Source: Lytechinus pictus (lineage: Eukaryota). Taken from it: a stretch of 64,000 nucleotides of DNA. The stretch's first letter is position 1. Each line of letters starts with the position of its first letter. Position numbers and translations under genes: made by a program. Positions 55,826-64,000 of this stretch are shown piece after piece. Location of the stretch: positions 15,502,001-15,566,000 of the forward strand of contig NC_087252.1 in assembly GCF_037042905.1 (NCBI RefSeq), read 5' to 3'. The notes under the pieces are model-generated. The model was not told where the DNA came from. It saw only the letters and a list, made by a program, of their open reading frames with translations, and did not search any database.

Positions 55826-57498
55826 AAAGTCTCTCGACAGCCAAGACAAGGAGGAGAAAGGGGAAAGGTGAGAAAGATGAAACGGTAGACCTGGGAGGTA
55901 AATCTGAAATTATATCATCAATTTTGTCAGATTTTACCCTAGAGGATTGGTATGAAACGAGAAAGGGAGACAGGAGAATGAATACATGGTACATGAAAGA
56001 CGTAAGAATGGTAAAAAGCAAGGAGGGATGATCGGTAGAAGAAGAGAAAGATTGCCTTCAATATACTTGTTGATTAGTTTCTGTGCTCTATAGAGCTAGA
56101 CATTATTATTACTGGTATTATTATTAGTATGGTTATGAAAATATAAAAGTGAAAATAAAGAAACAAATTGATAGAGAAGGGGAGGAAGGGGAAATGAGGT
56201 CGGGTGGAAGGGGGGGGGGGGTGGTGAGAGAGAAGGGGAGGGGGAGGGAGGGGTGGAGAAGGATGAGAAGGATGAGATATAGGGAGGGAGAAAGGGAAGA
56301 GAGAGAGAGAGCAGTGGAGAGGGAGGTGAGAGAGTGTGAGAAAAGGGGGAGAGGGAGGGATGGACTTTATAGTATTTTTTTATCTTCATATAGAAAGATG
56401 AAATGCAAGGCATCTTTAAACAGCTTTTAAAAGTGAACAGGCCAACCCTACAGTAAAAAAAAGAAAAAGTGATAGGCAAAACAGATAAATGAATAAACAA
56501 ATAAATACACAAATGAATAAATAAACAAACAAATAGACTAAATAAAAATGAATGAATAAATAGATTAATGAATAAATAAATAAATAAATAAATAAACAAA
56601 TAAATAAATAAATGATATAAATAAAAGGCAAGATATATCAAGAGACAAGGAAAAAAGATTGATTTTGAAAGAAGGTATTGAGATTAATAGAGATGTAAAT
56701 TGGATGAGAGATGTTTAGAGAAGGGGGCTGAAGATCTCATTTCATAGGTTCAAAGAGCATAACCCTTGGTGCTCATATCTCTGTTATATTATTCTATTCA
56801 GACTACAAATGTAACATTCTTTCTTATATTCTTAACTGGGGTTTTATTTAAACTTCACTCTAAAATTGTGATCTAACTATGGAAAGCCAAGTGTTATACA
56901 TATCTCTCACAGCAGACATTCAATTTGGCGTTAGATGTGGTGCTTAATTCAATCAAAACTGTTTAGAAATAATCATTTGCTATATGACAAAAACTTTCAT
57001 TTTTAAATTTTGGTATAAGTATTTCATGTATTTTACCTCATTATAGATGGCCTGGTTATGCTATAACGCACATTTGCCATAGAACCTGGCCCACACATAT
57101 ATACACAGACTCTGGCTTTTAAATAAATGTCTGAAAAGGCTTCATTACCTCATCATAAATGGCGTGGTTATGCTATAACACATATTTGCCATAGACCCCG
57201 TCCCACACATAATATACACACTCTGTCTTTGAAGGGCCTACGTAGATTCATATTGTTTTTATCATTTTTTATATTTGTCTGAACGGTGTGTATGTCACAT
57301 GATGCTTTCATGGTAGAGGCTTGCTTCATTAAAGACCTCTGCCATATCAATTTCCAAGGTCATTCAAATACAAGAACTCGATCAACAGCAAGCAAAATAA
57401 TCATTTTTCAAAAACAGTTTTTAAGTGCCGTAGATCTAGCGGAGACCTCGAAAAACTGTAAGGGTTACAGGAAAATGGGGACTGTTATTTTCCGTAAA

Positions 57499-57884
57499 TT
57501 ATACCCCTTTCATAAACCTATCCTCCAATTAGCCGCCTAAAAGTAATGCGGATAATTCAATAAAAATTGCGTTCACAAACTCCAAAAATCATCCGCATTA
57601 TTTTTACGAGCGCCCGTCCTGAAAAAGGCGGATAATCGTCGTGACAACTGGACACGCCCCCTCCGATGCGGTTGTGTTGGAAAAGGGTGACGTTGTGACC
57701 GCACCATGGCAATTATCCACATTATTTGGAAATACGTTCATAAACTCAAAATCTTGTCCCGATGCTGCTATTATGCGGATAATTGCAGCATCAAAATAAT
57801 GCGGATAAGTCTGGTCCTCCTCCGATTTTACGACCAAATTATGCTGCTATTAGCCGCATAATTGGGTTTATGAAAGGGGTATAA
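57499..57884. mobile_element. ~385-bp MITE with gcggataat repeats
   Basis: Perfect inverted ends ttatacccctttcataaacc / ggtttatgaaaggggtataa. Confidence 0.85.
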
Positions 57885-57917
57885 GATTGGATGCAGCTCA
57901 AGTAATGCTGCTTAATC

Positions 57918-58102
57918 TGGTGGGTATTTCTTAAAGCTGTTGGTACGTTATGACCGACTTTATGAACGACTGGTGATCCTTTCTTGAGGTAATACCGCGC
58001 ACCAACTTTTCATTGATGTGGATGTAACTCCTAAGAAAGGATCACCAGTCGTTCATAAAGTCGCTCGTAACTTACGAACAGCTTTACGAAAAACTCACCA
58101 GG
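57918..58102. mobile_element. MITE family B copy
   Basis: gactttatgaacgactggtgatcctttctt / aagaaaggatcaccagtcgttcataaagtc inverted arms. Confidence 0.85.
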
Positions 58103-59324
58103 TCTTCGACCTATCATGAATTGAAAGAGCCGCATCCGAACCGGATCCGAGCCGGGTCCATGAATTCATGAAAAGGGTACCGATTATTCCCAACACCTGC
58201 TTTTCAAATTCGATTATCTCACATTTGCCACATTTTATATCAGATTATGTCTTTCGTCTTTATCCATTGTGATAAGATCTAGTGTATTTCCCTCATATTG
58301 AAACTGCAGGTGAGCAATGAGGACAATAATTGGTTTACTTCTCTCACAAGAAATATCAGAGAATCATATTTTCTTTCAATTTCAGGGGTATTGCTACCAT
58401 GGACAGTCGACTACTGTGTGCGAATTGATTCGTTAATGTAAAAATGTGGTTTCTGCCCTGGTTCTCAGCATAATATTATGACATTCGTAAAAGTGTTCCT
58501 ATTTATTATGAATCAAAAGGAAAAGACTGACTGACCTATTGATCTAATTTCAGAGCTTCATGAAATTGAAGGGTAAGAATGAATGGACTTGAGCACCAGC
58601 ATTTGACTCCAAGATTTGAAATTTTTTCTATAGATTGGGACAACGTAATCTATATAAAAATATGCAATGGAATGTGATATGGATTGGCTAATGATGAACT
58701 TGCTGTATGAACTCTTTACAAGAATGCTATGTTTTGATGTGATATGTTGTCATGAAAAAGTGGACATTTAATTTTAAATCTATTGATACTGATATTGACT
58801 TTATTTGACATAATTTCACATAATTATGAACATAATACAAAAACAATATAACACTCGAAGAAATAACATCGTATAAAAATTAAAACATGGCAGCATTCAT
58901 CTAAATTAAAATATTACAGCAATTTGAAATCAAAGACAATTTAAAATATTACCAGTTTTAACAATGGAAGATTTTGATAAGCATGATGATTATCAGTATT
59001 ATCATTTATTGTTATATTTTTTTAGCAGCCTCCACCAATCCCAACCCTTTTTGTATGATAATCTTTACTATTAATAATATTGGATGTAGGAAAGTGCTTT
59101 ATGTTTTATTGCTTATATCAAGGTGTACAAAACCAACATGATAGTTTAATCATTATGTATGGAAATACATGTAATGAAATGAATTGTTGCTAGAGGGTAT
59201 TCATTTGTCTCGCAATCTACTATGGTCAACAAGGAAATTCGTGATCACTCTCGCAAAAAGTGTTCACTGGCTTTCTAGGAAATTCGTGATCACTCTCGCA
59301 AAAAGTGTTCACTAGCTTACAAGT

Positions 59325-59365
59325 TCACGAGCTTTCGAGTGCCGCTGCAACTCTTTATCAAGTGA
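59325..59365 (-). ncRNA. Minimal type I hammerhead ribozyme (PLE-associated, U3-A8 variant)
   Basis: Minus strand tcac-TTGATAA-a-gagttgc-agcg-gcactc-GAAA-gc-TC-gtga: helix I tcac/gtga, helix II gag(t)tgc/gcactc, palindromic AGCT in place of helix III. Confidence 0.75.
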
Positions 59366-59388
59366 CGAAAATTATCTGATGACGTACT

Positions 59389-59542
59389 CTATTTATACTG
59401 ATCTCCAGGACCGTACGCACGAACGCGAGAACAATAGGTGGGTATTGATCCGTTGCGTCGGTATTCGGCGCGGCCGGTAATCCGTATATGCAAATAAGCC
59501 GGGGGTATATGCAAATACGCCGTGGGTCGGCGATATGCAAAT
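59389..59542 (-). promoter_or_regulatory. Putative pLTR promoter: three octamer motifs and a TATA box
   Basis: ATGCAAAT at 59488-59495, 59509-59516, 59535-59542; minus-strand TATAAATA at ~59390-59397, ~25 nt upstream of the hammerhead. Confidence 0.6.
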
Positions 59543-59563
59543 TAGACAAAATTGGCGGGCTCG

Positions 59564-60151
59564 CTAGTTTCCCGTGGGCGGGGGCTGACTAGCTGAGCGG
59601 TCCCTCGTTCGGGGCCGGGAACGAGCGGGTCGGCGTGCACTGCCAGGCAAGGGGGTATTGTGCTGTCTGATGGTTCGCATCCAGAAGTCGGGGATGTCGA
59701 TCCCGCTGTCTCTGTTGAAGTTGTTAGGACAAAGACGTATACTAATAGCCTCCTTAATCCTGCGTGTATACCAATGTCTCTCTTTGGCAATGCAATGTAC
59801 ACCCTCCCAATCTGGGTGGTGTTGTTTCTCCCAAGCATGTTCTGCCACCGCGGATGTGTCGGTTCGCTGTAACCGAACATCGCGCTTGTGTTCAGAAATG
59901 CGTTCAACTATCGGTCGGGCTGTTTCTCCGATGTAAGACCCGTCACATCCCTGGCAAGGAATGTTGTATACTACGCCATCACGTCTGTGATCAGGGATAG
60001 GGTCTTTGGGGTGTACAAGCTGTTTGTGTAAGGTGGTGTCCGAGCGGAAAACCGTTCGGATACCGTGACCTTCTAATCGGCGTTTAAGTTGTTGTGAGAG
60101 GCCATCTATGTATGGCAAGACTGTGCAAGTCTTGAAAACCTTCTGATCCAT
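59564..60151 (-). CDS. C-terminal fragment of a Penelope-like element ORF: RT thumb/linker end + GIY-YIG endonuclease (195 aa from in-frame ATG; RT core absent)
   Basis: LPYIDGLSQQLKRRL..GIRTVF, GVVYNIPCQGCDGSYIGETAR, R..EH, SAVAEH, HHPDW, RRIKEAISI, NFNRDSG are the Penelope/Poseidon-type GIY-YIG motifs; no internal stops. Confidence 0.9.
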   Translation of the reverse strand: MDQKVFKTCTVLPYIDGLSQQLKRRLEGHGIRTVFRSDTTLHKQLVHPKDPIPDHRRDGVVYNIPCQGCDGSYIGETARPIVERISEHKRDVRLQRTDTSAVAEHAWEKQHHPDWEGVHCIAKERHWYTRRIKEAISIRLCPNNFNRDSGIDIPDFWMRTIRQHNTPLPGSARRPARSRPRTRDRSASQPPPTGN

Positions 60152-60229
60152 AGTAGATTGCGAGACAAATGAATACCCTCTAGCAATTATTTCAATCCGC
60201 AATAATGAACCTATTTAGTATCAATGAAT

Positions 60230-60329
60230 TGTTGTCATCATTATCATCATTATCATCATTATCATCATTATCATCATCATTATCATCATCATCATCATCA
60301 TTATCATCATTCATCATCATCATCATCAC

Positions 60330-60392
<63 letters not shown>

Positions 60393-60410
60393 CATCAGTA
60401 TCATCAACTT
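60230..60410. repeat. (CAT)n/(ATCATTATC)n microsatellite
   Basis: Visible trinucleotide run. Confidence 0.95.
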
Positions 60411-61231
60411 ATTCTTATCATTAATTGATTGTTTTTTTTTCTTGAGGGAAGGGGGTGTCTAATGAAGTAATAACATGAAAAATTTATGTCATTATACGGT
60501 AGTTATGTTTGACATATGAAACCGGTTGCGTTGTTGAGATATATATCAGAAGAAGCAGTAATATTGTGGAGTGTTCCATCCCAGCTCTTATTCCTTGGGC
60601 AATAATAAATGCTTGTATCATTGCAGCGGTCAGGAGTAATCTCTGCGCTTTTCATTACATTCAAGATTGATAAATGAAATTCTCTATTTCGCCAATCAAT
60701 ATTTCATCTCCGTAATATTGCCTCAGATCCTGCTTTCTGAGAAGGTAGACATTTCAGGTCAAGAAAGAAGAGAAACAAAGAAATATTTGTTATACTGCAA
60801 CAGGCCTTCCATATTTTTCTTCCCCCTCTGACATTTCTAACTGTCAGTTTTCATCACTGGTGCTTGCGTACGGCCAGCCAAGCAGACCTTTGGAAAATAA
60901 CAATAAGTCATATTTAAATAGAAAAAAAGAAGAAGGGAGACTTCAAATGAAGCGAAATGAATCATAAAGATACAAGCTTGCTCATGCAATAGACCTGATT
61001 TTTAATTTCTCGTTATATTCTACTTAGAAGTCACATCCTGAGCTGTTGCATACATTGGAATCTTAATAATGATAATTTCCCTGAAGCTATGTTTACATCT
61101 TGTTCGTTGAATAGAAGAGAAATAATAGTAGATGACATGTAGTCCAGAAACCTGAGAGGAAATTACTTAGGGGGCATTTTGTATGGATTCCTCATGAATT
61201 TCCAATTGCACATATTTTTTAAACAACTTAG

Positions 61232-61398
61232 GCAACTAACTTTGTTTTTTGTTTTTTTCTTTGTTACCTTCCCCACTTCTCTCTCTCTCTCCCTCCTTCT
61301 ACCCAACTCTTTCTATCTCTCTTTCCGTTTCTTTATCTCTTTCTCTCTCTTCTCTTGCACATGCCTGCTACACTTGTCCCGGCACTCTTTAGGTAAGT
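61232..61398 (+). other. Candidate recursive splice site tAG|GTAAGT with consensus branch point
   Basis: ACTAAC 61235-61240, 159-nt AG-free polypyrimidine zone 61232-61390, AG 61391-61392, GTAAGT 61393-61398. Confidence 0.65.
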
Positions 61399-61829
61399 GA
61401 AACTTTTATAAATTCAAGTAATAAGACATTAAAAATACAATGTGTCAGTCATACCTGTACATCAAAGTATTTAATGTAATTGTTGATTTCAAGTTTCTTT
61501 GAAAGTTGAATATTTTGCTTTCTCATTGGCAAAATTCCTGTTATTTTCTGATTAGAGTAGATCAGGGTATATTTCCAAATCAGAGAATACCTGGTTTTCT
61601 TAAACTTCAAGTTGGTTTGAGTATTCCTTTTCTTTCCATCTTCCACATCTGTGTACCCCTCTCCCCCTTAGCATGTCAACCAAGTAATAAGCTATAATCC
61701 CTTTTTTCTTATCCAATTTGTCCCTTCTCCACCTCCTTACTGCCTCCTTATCCAATTTGTTCATCACATGCCATTTACACTGTGATCACGTTAGAGCACA
61801 AAAGGCATATCTGCAAATATATGCACAGA

Positions 61830-62252
61830 CAGGGTGCTACATAATTTTTTAGAAGCACTTGCCCGGTCGGGTAAGTAGATTTTTAAATAGTTGGAATATA
61901 CTTGCCCAAAAATCTATTTCACTTGCCCGAAAAAATCCTTGAAAAAACCTTTTACCTCTTCAAAGGAAAGTTTTGTGGTTATTTAAACCATTGACCTTTT
62001 CTCTCTTTTGACATGAACTGATCTACCTTGTTATTGCATTTCTTTTTCCAAAGTGATTTTATTTTGCCTGCCATGACCAAAACAAGGGTCAATATCATAT
62101 CATTTAGACCCTAATTTTGGTCATTCTACTGTGAGAATTTTGCTTGCCCAATTTATTTGGGCAAGTAGTTTTGGTCTTTACTTCAAAACACTTGCCTGAC
62201 CCTAACTTTTACTTGCCCCGGTCAATTGGGCAAGTGCTTATGTAGCACCCTG
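61830..62252. mobile_element. hAT-like non-autonomous element with cttgccc subterminal repeats
   Basis: Perfect 15-bp TIR cagggtgctacataa / ttatgtagcaccctg; degenerate flanks tgcacaga / atcacagc. Confidence 0.85.
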
Positions 62253-63837
62253 ATCACAGCATTACAAAAAGTTTACACGCATCAGCGGACAAACACTTAA
62301 TGAGGTATGACGTCATATCTTCATTAACATACAGCCAATAAAATCCCGTTACTGACAGTGACTTATAAATATTCATTAACCTATCACGGGCTGACCTCAT
62401 TTGCTTATAAACACAGGTCAAAAATAATAGCCAATCAGCCTGCGCCAACGGGCAAGAGACCGACGGGGCGGTGTTTGTTTATGTGCAAAATGTCATGCAC
62501 CCATATTCATATAATATAGCCATACACATCATATGATCGAATCTATAAGGTTTCAACTTTATGATGATCAATTTGATTTATACGAGTATCACTGTAATAT
62601 TTTCTAGACCATGATGGCTCTACAAGCTGTCTCTCTAGCCAGCTAGATCCTCAATTGTTTGCATGGATATGCAGCACCGGTCACCGCGCGCTAGCTAGCT
62701 ATAGCGCCTAGCCTGCCCGGCGCCGGCGCGGCCGAGCGCGGCCGCCCCGGACGCATATATAGAGACGTCTCGACGATATCCGCGGGATCACAAAGCCAAT
62801 CAATCACAGCGCGCGATCCAGCGGCATCAGTTTTGATGAATATTTATTAATGATCACGCGCTGACCTTTCGCCCGAAAATTATTAGCCAATCAAAAAGCG
62901 CTATCCTGAATAGCAGCACGTGTTGAAAAGAGATTACGAGAGGCAGATTTTGTCAGGGGACATGGTTTATGAATATTGCCTAGGTACCTATGGGCAAGTT
63001 TTTCCAAATTGCTAGATTTTTCACATGAATGTTCATTAGTATATTACTATTCATTTTAGGGATGTACTTTTTGTTTCTACGAAGGTAATAATGGTTCTTT
63101 TGTGTCCTGAGGTAGGCCCTTCTGAAAGGGCCTCCCCTTGCCTTCTGCGCGCACCGCGCCATTGATATAACACGCGAAAATATGTGCGAAATACGGAGAA
63201 CCGAATCCCAAGGGGAAAACAAGCTATTTTTCAACTCAAAAGGTACCTATGTAAAATTTGAATTATCGGCATCTACACCAAGTGTAAGACCTACACCTTC
63301 ATTTTAACCATGTACTCTTGCTTCCCGAGATAATACTAAGCAGCTTTAGGCTCATGAACTTGAGTTTGTGTGTATTAGCCCTATACCTGTCTCTGCGCTC
63401 AGATTAGTGCTTTTTCAAAACGTACTCCGCGTATGGAAGATGTCACTTTGAAAATTGTAATGGGACTCATGGACAGTGCAATAAAGTAGAATGTTCAGTT
63501 CAGCCCAGTTTATTTATTCATTTCATCTCTGAAAACAATGACATTATATATACATGAAATATACACATCAGATATTTGCCCCAAAATGAAAATAAATACA
63601 AATGACATATGAGTATTTTGTAAAATAATGTAAGAAAGAAAATGTGATTACTTAGAATAAAGCTAATTGTGGTCCTGGGAGGGGAAAGTGCTCTTGAAAA
63701 AACCCCAAAACATTATTTCTATTTGGTTTGTATAATAAGCAAAGCAAATATAAATGACAATAATAGAATAAAGGATGGAATGAAAGAAAAGTGATACATG
63801 TCTCAAGGAATCAAGAATTTAGTATAAAATCGTTAAA

Positions 63838-63995
63838 TCTGTAGTGTTAGTTTAACATCCATTGGTGTTATTATAACACCTTTGGTTGTTACTTTTAACA
63901 CTCTTTGGTGTTATCTACAAACTCCAAGGTGTAATTTTAACACTGGGATGTGGTCAGTTTATTTAGTGTCAGATTTAACACCCCAGTTTTACAAC
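63838..63995. mobile_element. MITE family A partial copy
   Basis: agtgttagtttaacatcc...gtgtcagatttaacaccccagttttaca. Confidence 0.65.
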
Positions 63996-64000
63996 ATATG

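Larger units (their letters stand above)
59187..60186 (-). mobile_element. 5'-truncated Penelope-like retroelement (GIY-YIG 3' end + pLTR) bounded by 39-bp inverted repeats
   Basis: GIY-YIG ORF, downstream TATA and hammerhead motif, exact inverted repeat 59187-59225 / 60148-60186. Confidence 0.9.

Noticed and set aside
59362..59386. Second hammerhead on the + strand (CGAAA...CTGATGA)
   Set aside because: Too few bases between the boxes to form helices I and III; likely coincidence

Overview
AT-rich, repeat-dense animal genomic DNA; the repeat types suggest an invertebrate deuterostome such as a sea urchin, but this is an unverified inference. No convincing multi-exon host coding sequence is visible, and nearly all ORF-track entries are microsatellite or random translations. 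The only clear protein-coding stretch is the C-terminal GIY-YIG endonuclease of a 5'-truncated Penelope-like retroelement (59187-60186, minus strand). It carries a pLTR with three octamer motifs, a TATA box and a minimal hammerhead ribozyme (U3-A8 core variant), and is bracketed by a perfect 39-bp inverted repeat. The rest is tRNA-derived SINEs, many MITE families (often nested), minisatellites and microsatellites, with unique islands carrying several RFX X-box palindromes. The most striking non-repeat signal is three + strand sites (10152, 42532, 61392) where a long AG-free polypyrimidine tract ends in an AG directly followed by a consensus 5' splice site (AG|GTAAG). This is the signature of recursive-splicing ratchet points (zero-length exons) and suggests the window lies inside a giant + strand intron removed in steps. 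Repeat boundaries were read by eye and are approximate unless exact motifs are quoted.
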